A DNA stretch of 64,000 nucleotides from a virus: positions 64,001 to 128,000 of IMG/VR virus record IMGVR_UViG_3300034101_003554. The stretch is one strand, 5' to 3'. Under the pieces are notes generated by a model, which saw only the letters and a program-made list of their open reading frames with translations, was not told the origin of the DNA and did no database searches. Shown piece after piece: positions 7,814 through 18,000 of this stretch (position 1 is the first letter of the stretch; each line of letters starts with the position of its first letter). The position numbers were made by a program, and so were the translations under genes.

Positions 7814-9760
7814 ATGGAAAGTTTAAATAAAGTCATATCTAGTTTTAAATTAAATTCAACATTACAACCAAAAATTTGGATTGATGGGGGTTCAAAAATA
7901 AATCCAAATGTTAGAAAAAATTTATTAGAAATAGCATATCAATTCATTGATTCCTTTGGGATGGATGTTGTAATTGATGATATCATAGTAACAGGTTCAA
8001 TTGCAAATTATAATTGGTCAGAGTATTCGGATGTTGATTTACATATTTTGGTAGATTACAAACAGTTTTCAAATAAACTTAAAGATATGTATGTTGAATA
8101 TTTTGATTTAAAAAAAATAGTTTTTAATCAAAAAAGAGACATAAAAATGTTTGGTTATGAGGTTGAGGTTTTTGTTGAAGATACTGATGTAAAAGGTGTA
8201 AGTGGTGGTTTGTATTCTGTATTAAATGATGAATGGATAAAAAAACCAACAAAAGAATCTGTTAAAATTTCAAAAGAAGAAATTATTAAAGGGGCTAAAA
8301 AATGGATGAGTATTATTGATACTTTGATTAAAAACTCTGACGATGATGATATTGAAGGTATTCAAAGTAGTGTTAAAAATTTAAAAAACAAACTCAAAAA
8401 GTTTAGATTAAGTGGTCTTAAGGAAGGAGGTGAGTTAGGGTTACAGAATTTAATATTCAAAGTTTTAAGAAGAAATGGGTATATTGAAAAACTTTATTCA
8501 ATTCCATTACAAAAAATAGATAAAAAACTTTCAATTAAAGAAATTACATTATCATCTCCACTTGAAAACTTGGAGGTTGCTGCTAAATTTGGCGTTGTTA
8601 GACCTGGATTGGATACTACAAGACCACATTCTGGTACAGATTTTAGAGCAAGTACTGGTACACCAATTTATGCCCCAGCTGATGGAACAATAGTTAAAGC
8701 TGATATGGGTGAAAATGGTGGATGTGGGGGTTCAATATTCATTGAACATAGTGATGGTTTAGAAAGTCGATTCTGTCATAGTAGTAAAATTATGGTGAAT
8801 GTTGGTGATATAGTTAAAAGAGGTGAAGTTGTAGGACTTGTAGGTGGTGGACAAGGTGACCCAGGTAGAGGGTTTTCAACAGGTTCACATTTACACTATA
8901 CTTTAGTCAAAAATGGTGAATTGGTTGACCCTATTGACTATATTGATAAAGATTTTGATATACCAAATATTGAGGCTGAAGAATATGAGGCGACAGAATT
9001 AAATATATCTTTAGATAAAATATCCGAAATAAAGGAAAAGATATATGATTATGATTCTAGTTTAGAAGACAATGATGACCCTGAAATTTTGGAGGATTCT
9101 AAACAAAGTAAATTTATGTCAGATTTTTTAAAAATGGTTAAAAGTGATATTGATGTATCTGAAGATGATAAAATTATTACCAATAATCCTGAAGTTGAGC
9201 AAATACAAATAGCTTTACAATTTTTAGAGTATTTAGATTTAAATTATGGTATTGATGGATTTTATGACGAAAAAACAATAAATGCTTTAAATGAATTTAG
9301 AGATGATTTTGATTTACCAAAAACAAGTGAAATAAATAAAGATGATTTATTATATATGTACTATTTGTTATTATACAAATTATTTGATGACACAAAATTA
9401 TCTAGAATAAACAAAACAATTAATTTTGATGAGTTAAAAATAACAAATATAAATAATTTTTATCAAATGGTTTTAATTACTATTGGGGCTGATATAACAT
9501 ATAATAATGTTAATTTTTTAAATGCTTGGAATGATGCAACTTCAATTGGGGGTGAAGAAAATCCATTTGGGTTACCATATAAGAAAGAAAAAAATATATC
9601 AAGTCCTTTGTATAATACAATAGATATTTTAAACACTGTTGAATATAGTTGTGTTAGATTTGGTTTAACAAAAAATAAAAAAATTGATGAAATTTTAAGT
9701 TGTCCTATATTTAGGACTAATGATTTAAAAGAAAAAATTAAAAATTTTTTACATAAATAA
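7814..9760 (+). CDS. Fusion: Pol-beta-type nucleotidyltransferase + M23 peptidase + peptidoglycan-binding-like domain
   Basis: TGSIANYNWSEYSDVDLH (GS…DxD); HSGTD…HLH; VEQIQIALQFL…IDGFYDEKTINALNEF. Confidence 0.8.
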   Translation: MESLNKVISSFKLNSTLQPKIWIDGGSKINPNVRKNLLEIAYQFIDSFGMDVVIDDIIVTGSIANYNWSEYSDVDLHILVDYKQFSNKLKDMYVEYFDLKKIVFNQKRDIKMFGYEVEVFVEDTDVKGVSGGLYSVLNDEWIKKPTKESVKISKEEIIKGAKKWMSIIDTLIKNSDDDDIEGIQSSVKNLKNKLKKFRLSGLKEGGELGLQNLIFKVLRRNGYIEKLYSIPLQKIDKKLSIKEITLSSPLENLEVAAKFGVVRPGLDTTRPHSGTDFRASTGTPIYAPADGTIVKADMGENGGCGGSIFIEHSDGLESRFCHSSKIMVNVGDIVKRGEVVGLVGGGQGDPGRGFSTGSHLHYTLVKNGELVDPIDYIDKDFDIPNIEAEEYEATELNISLDKISEIKEKIYDYDSSLEDNDDPEILEDSKQSKFMSDFLKMVKSDIDVSEDDKIITNNPEVEQIQIALQFLEYLDLNYGIDGFYDEKTINALNEFRDDFDLPKTSEINKDDLLYMYYLLLYKLFDDTKLSRINKTINFDELKITNINNFYQMVLITIGADITYNNVNFLNAWNDATSIGGEENPFGLPYKKEKNISSPLYNTIDILNTVEYSCVRFGLTKNKKIDEILSCPIFRTNDLKEKIKNFLHK

Positions 9761-9826
9761 ATAAATGTATTTATTTAACTTGTTATATATTTATATAAAA
9801 ATAATTTCATAAAAAAAAACTAAAAT

Positions 9827-11074
9827 ATGGGAAATTTAAAACCTATCGGTAGTGAAAAATTACAAGGTATAGACAAAATAAAAAGAATGATTGAGATTTC
9901 ACAATATAATCTTAATATTCCACAACCAATCAATGAAGTAACATCAAATGAATTTAAAAAAACATTGTCAGATGGTAACACATATCACATTGTAAAAGAA
10001 AAAAGTGGATATGTTTTAAAGAAAGGAATTAATGAATCTACTGCAGAATATATTGAACCTATAAAAAATAGAAAATATTATCCATCATATTCGCAAGCAT
10101 TAAAAAGACTAAATCTAATAATTAAAGAAGTTAATTCATTGACTGGTTATGATAATAATTTATCATTATTTAATGAGTCTGATGATGTCAAATATTTTTT
10201 GAAATACGGAGAACAAACAGAACAACAACAACCAGCAGGTAGACAACAACCAGCGCCAGCCCCACAACCAGCACCAGCTCCACAACAACCCGCACCTGCA
10301 CCAGCTCTACAACAACCAGCACCATCTGTTGATGGTGAACCTGAGATTGATACAGATATAGACTCTGAAATGGACACTGATATGGATATGGGTGATGAGG
10401 CAGATATGGAAGAACCTATGGATGATACTAGCGGAGAAAAAGAAGAAGTCGTAACATATAAAACAATCCAAAAATTGGTGGGTAAATTAGGACAAAAAAC
10501 AAGAGAATTTTTGTCTAATGAAGAAAATCAAATGGATTCAAATCAAATAAAATATGTTATTAATTCTATTTTATCTGCATTGCCCTTAGATTCACTAGAA
10601 GAAGAAGACAGAGAAGAAATTATGTCAAGTTTTGAAGGTGGTGAAGAAGAAGAAGGTGATATGACTGATATTAGTGGTGAAGAAATGCCTGATATGGGTG
10701 ATGAAGAAGGTTACGAACAAGAACCTATGGATCAACTACCACCACCCCCTCCAGCACCAGAAACTGCGGAATCGTATCACCATAGAAAGATGGGTAGTAG
10801 AAATATAAAAGATAGAACAGATAGGATGAAAGAAGTTATTGAAAATGTTTTTTCTGAATCAAAAGTTGATAGAGTTTTAAAAAAATATTTCAAAAATAAC
10901 AATTTAGCTAAAATTAAAAATTTAACAGAATCATATAAACAAGAAAAAGCGGTATCAAACTTTATGGATAATAATCCAAATGCTAAATTTTTGGGAAAAA
11001 CTTCAAAAGGTCAAATGGTATTTGAAGTTCTCAATGAGAGGTTTTATATTTTTGCAAATGGTAATGTTATATGA
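9827..11074 (+). CDS. Hypothetical head/core-associated protein with P/A/Q and D/E/M low-complexity tracts
   Basis: Position before the terminase; several [ILV]xE sites; QQPAPAP repeats. Confidence 0.65.
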   Translation: MGNLKPIGSEKLQGIDKIKRMIEISQYNLNIPQPINEVTSNEFKKTLSDGNTYHIVKEKSGYVLKKGINESTAEYIEPIKNRKYYPSYSQALKRLNLIIKEVNSLTGYDNNLSLFNESDDVKYFLKYGEQTEQQQPAGRQQPAPAPQPAPAPQQPAPAPALQQPAPSVDGEPEIDTDIDSEMDTDMDMGDEADMEEPMDDTSGEKEEVVTYKTIQKLVGKLGQKTREFLSNEENQMDSNQIKYVINSILSALPLDSLEEEDREEIMSSFEGGEEEEGDMTDISGEEMPDMGDEEGYEQEPMDQLPPPPPAPETAESYHHRKMGSRNIKDRTDRMKEVIENVFSESKVDRVLKKYFKNNNLAKIKNLTESYKQEKAVSNFMDNNPNAKFLGKTSKGQMVFEVLNERFYIFANGNVI

Positions 11075-11481
11075 TGTATTTAGTATTTGTTAATGAACTA
11101 GGACCAAATTATAAAGGAGATAATATATACGAATTTATTTTTTCTGATACAATTGATGATATTTGGGGGGAGTCTTGGGAGTCAGCACCATCTAATGGTT
11201 ATCCTCATCCACCAAACATTGAATTGATAAAGAAAGTAGGTGTTTTAAAAAATGATAAAATTGTATTATCTGTCATTCAAAAATCTGATTATTTTTCAAT
11301 GATGGACGCTATTGATGATGTAATTGCGTTGGCTTGGGAAAATGAATCTGAAAGTGTAAATTTTGATGTGAATAAAAGATTGGTTTTTAGATTTGGTGAA
11401 AACATTGAGACAATAAAAAATAAATTATACGAAAGAGACATCGTATTAGAATTTGAAAGGAAAGTGCAATATGAATCTTAA
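11071..11481 (+). CDS. Hypothetical protein
   Basis: Overlap-coupled ORF in the operon. Confidence 0.75.
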   Translation: MMYLVFVNELGPNYKGDNIYEFIFSDTIDDIWGESWESAPSNGYPHPPNIELIKKVGVLKNDKIVLSVIQKSDYFSMMDAIDDVIALAWENESESVNFDVNKRLVFRFGENIETIKNKLYERDIVLEFERKVQYES

Positions 11482-12694
11482 TAAAAAAATCGGTTTCTTA
11501 TTAGATAAAGGATTAAATCCTAAATTTATATCTTCATTAAATGAAAACAAAATTAATTTTTTGTTTGAAACAATGTCAAAAAAAGAAAATAAAGAACAAG
11601 TTACGCAAGTACCATCAAAACCTTCATTTAAGGTTGGTGATAAAGGAGGGACATTACCACCAAATGACAAAGGATATGCCATAAAAAAGAATACAGATAA
11701 TACAGTAACCGCAACACCTATGGAATCCGAAATAAAAGAGGATAATATTAAAGAAAAATTTGAATCTAAAGCTCAACAAGGATTATTTTGGGCACGTTGT
11801 AATAAATGTAAAAGTGAAGATTGTAAGTGGTGTAAAATGGCAAAAGAATTTTCAAAAAGTACATCAAAGAAACATCCTGAAAAGACTGTAAAATACAAAA
11901 AGAAAGAAACTAATGAGGAGTTTACTATGGCAAATTATTTTGATAAATTGACTAGTACATATACCAATAATGTAAAAAATAAACTAACTAAAGAAGAGAT
12001 ATTAAATAAACATTTAACAACTCTTGTTGAAAACAATTTAAGACCAACTATGAAAAAAAGAGATTTATTAAAACTAATTGAATCTAAAATCAAACGTAAA
12101 AAAGGTTTGAATGAAGATTTTTATTATGGTAGTGAATTAGGGGAATCATCATATGGTGAACCAATGACATTAGACCCTATGACTACATTTGATACAGAAA
12201 CTGACATTGAAACTAAGAGAGAGTTATCAAAAGTTGCTGAAGTTGAGGATTGTGAAACTGGTCAAACATTTTATATTAAACCAAAAAAATCTACTAGTCC
12301 TAGTGACATTTATATGATTAGTGATGGTGGAAGTAACTATTGTGTTCAAGTTATCAAAATGGTTAAAAAAGAACCTAGTGATTTTAGAATAATTGAATCA
12401 TATAGTGAATGTAATGATTGTATAATAGATTTAAAACTTAATAAAAAAGAAGGAGGTGGTAAATCACAATTTGGGGTAGAGACATCTTATGGTACAGATA
12501 CTAGTAGTGATAGTGGACCTAGAATAAAAAAATTTGGTAAATTTACACCAGATGTTGACAAACATAGTACTATTGATCCAGACACATTAAGGTTACCAAA
12601 AGCTGGTCGTGAAAATACATCAAAATTTACGGCAAGTTTTAGAAGAAACTTGGATAAAATAAATGAAATTTTAAACAGAAGAAATAATATTTAG
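11471..12694 (+). CDS. Hypothetical head-associated protein with Cys clusters (start corrected to ATG 11471)
   Basis: CNKC…CKWC and CNDC; IKE/LNE sites. Confidence 0.7.
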   Translation: MNLNKKIGFLLDKGLNPKFISSLNENKINFLFETMSKKENKEQVTQVPSKPSFKVGDKGGTLPPNDKGYAIKKNTDNTVTATPMESEIKEDNIKEKFESKAQQGLFWARCNKCKSEDCKWCKMAKEFSKSTSKKHPEKTVKYKKKETNEEFTMANYFDKLTSTYTNNVKNKLTKEEILNKHLTTLVENNLRPTMKKRDLLKLIESKIKRKKGLNEDFYYGSELGESSYGEPMTLDPMTTFDTETDIETKRELSKVAEVEDCETGQTFYIKPKKSTSPSDIYMISDGGSNYCVQVIKMVKKEPSDFRIIESYSECNDCIIDLKLNKKEGGGKSQFGVETSYGTDTSSDSGPRIKKFGKFTPDVDKHSTIDPDTLRLPKAGRENTSKFTASFRRNLDKINEILNRRNNI

Positions 12695-12712
12695 TTATTA
12701 AAATTATATAAA

Positions 12713-14083
12713 ATGAAAAGAATTTTGTATGAAGCCCCAATTGATGATTTTATCAGTAAAGAATCAATGGAAAAAATAAACGTGGCTCAAATTAGAAAAT
12801 ATAATACCAACAAAACTGAAGGTGGTAGTAGCTATGAAATGGGAAATTTAATGCGTGGGTTACCAAATAAGGAAGCACCATACAAAAGACAATTAGTCCA
12901 ATTGGCCATTGATAAATTTTTAGAAAATTTTTATGAGATTAAAGAAAAGATAGACGAGGGATTAGTTTCGTTAGATGTTCAAATTTCAACAACACCAGCC
13001 GCTAGAAGACCTCAAAAAAAGGTTACACCTGAAGAAATAGAGCAAGCACAAAAAAAAGACCCATTATTTAATGAACGAATAAAAGGAAGAAATTTTCAAA
13101 ATGCTATAACACAAGGTAATAGTTGGAATCGTGGTTTTGATTTTGAAAATGATAAAGAATTTTTAGATGATATTGAAGATATTATTAACTATGTTGATTC
13201 AACCCAAGGTGGTGAACGTAACCGTAGATATGACGATGACGATGAGGGATTAGTTGAAAAATATAAAAAATTTGGTAAATCTGCAACAGTTTTTTATAAT
13301 GATAATTTAGCTCAATTGGAGAGTATGGCAAAAAACGCGTCAGGTGTTGCTGCGTATTGTGAAATTGTTAATGACCCAACGAATCCTAAAGCTTATATAT
13401 TAGTAGTTAGAGCCCCTAACTTTCCTTTATTAATGCACGAATTAGAAAAAGTTGGTGAGGATTTTCTAACTTATCTTTATATGTCAAAAGATAAAGTTGT
13501 AAAAGATGCTCTTGTAAAAACAACTGATGTTCATGACCATGAAATAAGAAATATGCTTACAGGAAAACAAATAAGTTTAGGACTTAATTATCATATTAAA
13601 CCTCACATTGATACGGCAATTAATCAATTTATAAAAGAAAAAAGATTACCAACCAATGAAAAAGGAGAAGTAACTGAATCAACTATAAAAAAATATGAAA
13701 GATGGTTATATAATATCATAATCAAAAATTTCAACAAATTGGCAAATGATGAAATATTAATGTATAATATGATTATGTATGATGGTATTATTGATGGAAA
13801 GAATAAAGTTAAATTTGAAGGTGAAATGGTAAATCCAATGGAATATTTTGATGAATTTATTGAAATGATTATATATGGTGGAGATGGAAATAAAGGTGCT
13901 GTTGATGTTTTACCAATAATGCAAACAACAACGAGAACAACAACGAGAACAACAACGACAACAACAACTCAAAAATATGAACCTCCAACTTATGATTTTG
14001 ATGACGAAGATGATGATGATGATGATGAACCTCCAACAGATGATATTGATGACGAAGATGGAGAAAGATGGTGGGAAGATTAA
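12713..14083 (+). CDS. Hypothetical protein with Thr-rich and Asp-rich tail
   Basis: 456-aa ORF starting MKRILYE. Confidence 0.75.
   Translation: MKRILYEAPIDDFISKESMEKINVAQIRKYNTNKTEGGSSYEMGNLMRGLPNKEAPYKRQLVQLAIDKFLENFYEIKEKIDEGLVSLDVQISTTPAARRPQKKVTPEEIEQAQKKDPLFNERIKGRNFQNAITQGNSWNRGFDFENDKEFLDDIEDIINYVDSTQGGERNRRYDDDDEGLVEKYKKFGKSATVFYNDNLAQLESMAKNASGVAAYCEIVNDPTNPKAYILVVRAPNFPLLMHELEKVGEDFLTYLYMSKDKVVKDALVKTTDVHDHEIRNMLTGKQISLGLNYHIKPHIDTAINQFIKEKRLPTNEKGEVTESTIKKYERWLYNIIIKNFNKLANDEILMYNMIMYDGIIDGKNKVKFEGEMVNPMEYFDEFIEMIIYGGDGNKGAVDVLPIMQTTTRTTTRTTTTTTTQKYEPPTYDFDDEDDDDDDEPPTDDIDDEDGERWWED
13925..13969 (+). repeat. In-frame 12-bp/ACA tandem repeat encoding TTTRTTTRTTTTTTT
   Basis: ACAACAACGAGA twice, then an ACA run. 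Confidence 0.8.
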
Positions 14084-14087
14084 AATA

Positions 14088-14120
14088 AAAACCCTCATTT
14101 AGAAATAAGTGGGGGTTTTT
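14088..14120 (+). terminator. Intrinsic terminator, immediately followed by the ATATTTAT motif
   Basis: AAAACCCTCATTT-AGAAAT-AAGTGGGGGTTTTT. Confidence 0.7.
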
Positions 14121-14141
14121 ATATTTATATAAAAAGATTAT

Positions 14142-15905
14142 ATGAGTTTAACAAAAGAACAAGTAATGATTGAATATCTTAAGTGTATGAAAGATACCCC
14201 ATACGCGTTAAGAACATATCTGGAAACCTATGATAATACTGTATCAAAATATGTTCCATTAGAGTTATTTCCAGACCAAATATCATTATTAAAAGATTAT
14301 GAAGATTTTAATGAAAACATCGCATTAAAGTATAGACAAGCTGGTGTATCAACAGTAACTGCAGCTTGGGTGTCGTTAAAAATTGCTTTTGCCAAAAAGA
14401 CAAAACCTGAAAAGATTCTAATCATTGCCAACAAATTGGATACATCTATGGAGATGGCAAATAAAATAAGAATGTTTATTGGTCAATGGCCTAGTTGGGT
14501 TGGAATTGATTTTTCAACTGATAAAAATTCACAAAAACATTACAAGACAAACAATGGATGTGAAGTAAAAGCTGTGGCGACATCAAAGGATGCTCTACGT
14601 GGTTTTACACCAACAATCCTAGTATTTGACGAAGCCGCATTTATTGACGCGGATTCAGACTTTTGGGCGGCTTGTATGGCCTCACTATCAACTGGGGGTA
14701 AAGTTATTGTAGTGTCAACTCCAAATGGATATGACCCAATTTATTATGAGATTTATAACCAAGCAAATAGAGGAATGAATGATTTCAAAATTTCTGAAAT
14801 GTATTGGTTTAGAGACCCAAGATATACAAAAGATTTATATCTAGTCAAAACACAAGATGTTGTTCATTATCTTCGTAATAAAACGGAATATAGTGATAGT
14901 GATGTTATAAGTTGGGAACATATTCCATTTGAAAAAAGAAATTACGAGGAACTTAAATTAATGATGAATTCAGGGTACAAACCTTGTTCATCTTGGTTTG
15001 AGGGAATGGTAAAGAAACTTAAGTATGATAAAAGAAAAGTTTCCCAAGAATTAGAATGTAATTTTCTTGGGTCAGGTGATAATGTATTTGATTCTCTTTT
15101 AATGCAGAGAGTTAAAGAAAATATGATTAAAGAACCCCAAAATAAAATGATGGGTAATTCTTTATGGATATGGAAAGAACCTGTAATGGGACACAAGTAT
15201 GTTATGGGTGTGGATGTCAGTAGAGGGGATAGTGAAGACTTTAGTTCTTTCCAAATTATTGATTTTGATACAAGAGAACAAGTTGCAGAATATGTTGGGA
15301 AATTACCTCCAGATACAATGGCTGAAATATGTTATAAGTGGGGTAATATGTATAATTGTTTTATTGTAATAGATATAACTGGTGGTATGGGGGTTTCAAC
15401 ATCAAGAAAATTACAAGAGTTGGGTTATAAAAATTTATATGTGGATGGGGTTGATTTGGCGAACAAATGGAAGTATGACCCCAAGGCATTGGATAAAATT
15501 CCTGGACTTAATTTTAATAATAAACGTGTTCAGATAATTGCATCATTTGAGGAAGCAATGAGACATGAATTTAAGATATATAGTTCAAGGTTATTTGATG
15601 AGATGAACACCTTTATTTATGTAAATGGAAGACCAGACCACCAAAAGGGACAACACGATGACTTAATAATGTCAATTGCAATGGCGACTTATGTTGCCGA
15701 ATCATCTTTCAGCAGTTTGGAAAAAGTTACAGAACAAACAAAAGCAATGTTGGAATCTTGGTCTGTAAGTAATAATGAAAATATGGGGAAACAATTGGAG
15801 TTTAATCCAGTAATACCATATGGGCATGAAAGAATTAACCAAAGAAATCAAAATCTAAGTAGAGAAGATTATCAAAAATATGGTTGGTTATTTGGTGGAA
15901 GATAA
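14142..15905 (+). CDS. terL: Terminase large subunit (T4 gp17-like)
   Basis: LFPDQ, deviant Walker A RQAGVST, Walker B LVFDEAAF, VSTPNG, QELECNF, nuclease GVDVSRG and HDDLIMS. Confidence 0.95.
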   Translation: MSLTKEQVMIEYLKCMKDTPYALRTYLETYDNTVSKYVPLELFPDQISLLKDYEDFNENIALKYRQAGVSTVTAAWVSLKIAFAKKTKPEKILIIANKLDTSMEMANKIRMFIGQWPSWVGIDFSTDKNSQKHYKTNNGCEVKAVATSKDALRGFTPTILVFDEAAFIDADSDFWAACMASLSTGGKVIVVSTPNGYDPIYYEIYNQANRGMNDFKISEMYWFRDPRYTKDLYLVKTQDVVHYLRNKTEYSDSDVISWEHIPFEKRNYEELKLMMNSGYKPCSSWFEGMVKKLKYDKRKVSQELECNFLGSGDNVFDSLLMQRVKENMIKEPQNKMMGNSLWIWKEPVMGHKYVMGVDVSRGDSEDFSSFQIIDFDTREQVAEYVGKLPPDTMAEICYKWGNMYNCFIVIDITGGMGVSTSRKLQELGYKNLYVDGVDLANKWKYDPKALDKIPGLNFNNKRVQIIASFEEAMRHEFKIYSSRLFDEMNTFIYVNGRPDHQKGQHDDLIMSIAMATYVAESSFSSLEKVTEQTKAMLESWSVSNNENMGKQLEFNPVIPYGHERINQRNQNLSREDYQKYGWLFGGR

Positions 15906-15927
15906 TATTTATTAAATAAAATAACTT

Positions 15928-16074
15928 ATGGGATACATTAGAAGAAAAAAAAGTGGTAAAATAATTAATGGTTCAAATATGATTGTACCTAATCAAGGGA
16001 TTAGTTTAGTTAATCCTGGGGGTGATAATAAAATAAATCAACAAAAAAAAATAGATACCAACGCACCTAGTTAA
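15928..16074 (+). CDS. Small basic 48-aa ORF below the track cutoff (MGYIRRKKSGKIING…)
   Basis: ATG 15928 to TAA 16074 fills the terL-portal gap; own ATATTTAT at 15905-15912; A-rich leader. Confidence 0.6.
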   Translation: MGYIRRKKSGKIINGSNMIVPNQGISLVNPGGDNKINQQKKIDTNAPS

Positions 16075-16111
16075 TTATTTATTTAAACTAAAATGGTGTT
16101 AAAATGTTTTT

Positions 16112-17938
16112 ATGGAACAAAATGAAAAAAATTTAACAATATGGCAAAGGTTAACTCAAACCTTTGGACCTAATTCTTTATTAAATCAAGATTATCCAAC
16201 ATATAAGTTTGATAAAAAAGAATTATTACGTACTACATCTAAACAAGAATATGATAAAGAGTTATTACAAGCTCAACAAACATATTACTTGGCAAATCAA
16301 TGGACTAAAATAGAAAGTAATTTATATACTCAAGCGGTGTATTATGAACCAACTAGATTAGCTTCATTTTACGATTACGAATCTATGGAATATACACCTG
16401 AAATATCTGCAGCTTTGGACATTTATGGTGAAGAATCAACTACTGTTGACCATAATGGTAATATGTTACAAATATACTCAGAGTCAAAAAGGATTAAATC
16501 AATTTTAACTGATTTATTTAACAATGCTTTAGACATTAATACAAACCTACCAATGTGGACAAGAAATACTTGTAAGTATGGTGATAATTTTGTTTATCTT
16601 AAACTTGACTCGGAAAAAGGTATTGTTGGTTGTATGCAACTACCAAACATTGAAATTGAGCGTTTGGAACGAGGTACGCCAGCTCAGGCTACAAGACAAA
16701 ATACTGAAGAACCCGCAGAAAACAAAGGTTTACGATTTAAATGGAAAGTGAAAGATATGGAATTTAATGCTTGGGAAATCGCTCATTTCCGTTTACTAGG
16801 TGATGATAGAAAACTTCCATATGGTACATCAATGTTGGAAAAAGCAAGACGTATTTGGAAACAATTATTATTATCTGAGGATGCTATGTTGATATATAGA
16901 ACTTCACGCGCACCAGAAAGACGTGTATTCAAAGTATTTGTTGGTAATATGGATGATAAAGATGTTGAATCGTATGTACAACGTGTTGCCAATAAATTTA
17001 AACGTAGTCAAGTAGTTGATTCTCAGACAGGTAATGTAGATATGAGATTTAATCAAATGGCGGTTGACCAAGATTATTTTATCCCAGTAAGGGATGCCGC
17101 AACAGCAAGTCCAATTGAAACTTTGGCGGGTGGTACAAACTTGGGTGAAATTGCCGATATTGAATACATCCAAAAGAAATTATTGACAGCACTTCGTGTA
17201 CCTAAAGCTTTCTTAGGTTTTGAAGAACCCGTTGGTGATGGTAAAAATCTTTCTTTGATTGATATAAGATTCGCTAGAACAATCAATAGAATACAAAAAT
17301 GTATGATAGCTGAATTAAATAAGATTGCAATTATACATTTATTCCTTTTAGGTTTTGAAGATGAGTTAAATAATTTCACATTGGGATTAACAAATCCATC
17401 AAGTCAGGCTGATTTATTAAAACTTGATGTTTGGAAAGAAAAATTTGTGACATATAAAGAGGCGACAACTGCCGATCAAACTGGTTTTATGCCAGTATCA
17501 ATCACTTGGGCTAAAAAACATATTTTAGGATTCTCCGATGAAGAATTAAAACTTGATTTACAACAACAAAGAATTGAAAGGGCTGTTGGGGCTGAATTAA
17601 CTAATACCGCAACAATTATTACTAAAACAGGAATATTTGATAATATTGATAAATTGTATGGTTCAACAACAGGTACTACTGAAGGAGCAGCACAACCACC
17701 ATCTAGTGATATGGGAGGTTCTGGTGATATGGGTTCATCAATACCTCCTCCTCCACTAGGAGGAGCTGAAGAACCAGCAGGGGGTGGACTTACACCTGAA
17801 TCAAATCAAAAGGACAATTTAAATATACTATTAGAAAGCGATAATTTATTGGATGATGACTCATATATTGATTTATCCAAAGCAAGAAATTATTTAGGTG
17901 AAATTGAATCGCAATTAAATAAACTATTAAACTCTTGA
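16112..17938 (+). CDS. Portal protein (T4 gp20-like)
   Basis: PEISAALDIY, EDAMLIYRTSRAPERRVF.V.VGNM, DYFIPVR, IETLAGG.NLGEIADIEY, AL.VP. Confidence 0.95.
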   Translation: MEQNEKNLTIWQRLTQTFGPNSLLNQDYPTYKFDKKELLRTTSKQEYDKELLQAQQTYYLANQWTKIESNLYTQAVYYEPTRLASFYDYESMEYTPEISAALDIYGEESTTVDHNGNMLQIYSESKRIKSILTDLFNNALDINTNLPMWTRNTCKYGDNFVYLKLDSEKGIVGCMQLPNIEIERLERGTPAQATRQNTEEPAENKGLRFKWKVKDMEFNAWEIAHFRLLGDDRKLPYGTSMLEKARRIWKQLLLSEDAMLIYRTSRAPERRVFKVFVGNMDDKDVESYVQRVANKFKRSQVVDSQTGNVDMRFNQMAVDQDYFIPVRDAATASPIETLAGGTNLGEIADIEYIQKKLLTALRVPKAFLGFEEPVGDGKNLSLIDIRFARTINRIQKCMIAELNKIAIIHLFLLGFEDELNNFTLGLTNPSSQADLLKLDVWKEKFVTYKEATTADQTGFMPVSITWAKKHILGFSDEELKLDLQQQRIERAVGAELTNTATIITKTGIFDNIDKLYGSTTGTTEGAAQPPSSDMGGSGDMGSSIPPPPLGGAEEPAGGGLTPESNQKDNLNILLESDNLLDDDSYIDLSKARNYLGEIESQLNKLLNS

Positions 17939-18000
17939 TATTTATTTTAATAATTTGTTATTGTTTAACAATAAAATAAAAAAAGAAAAAATATAACAAA

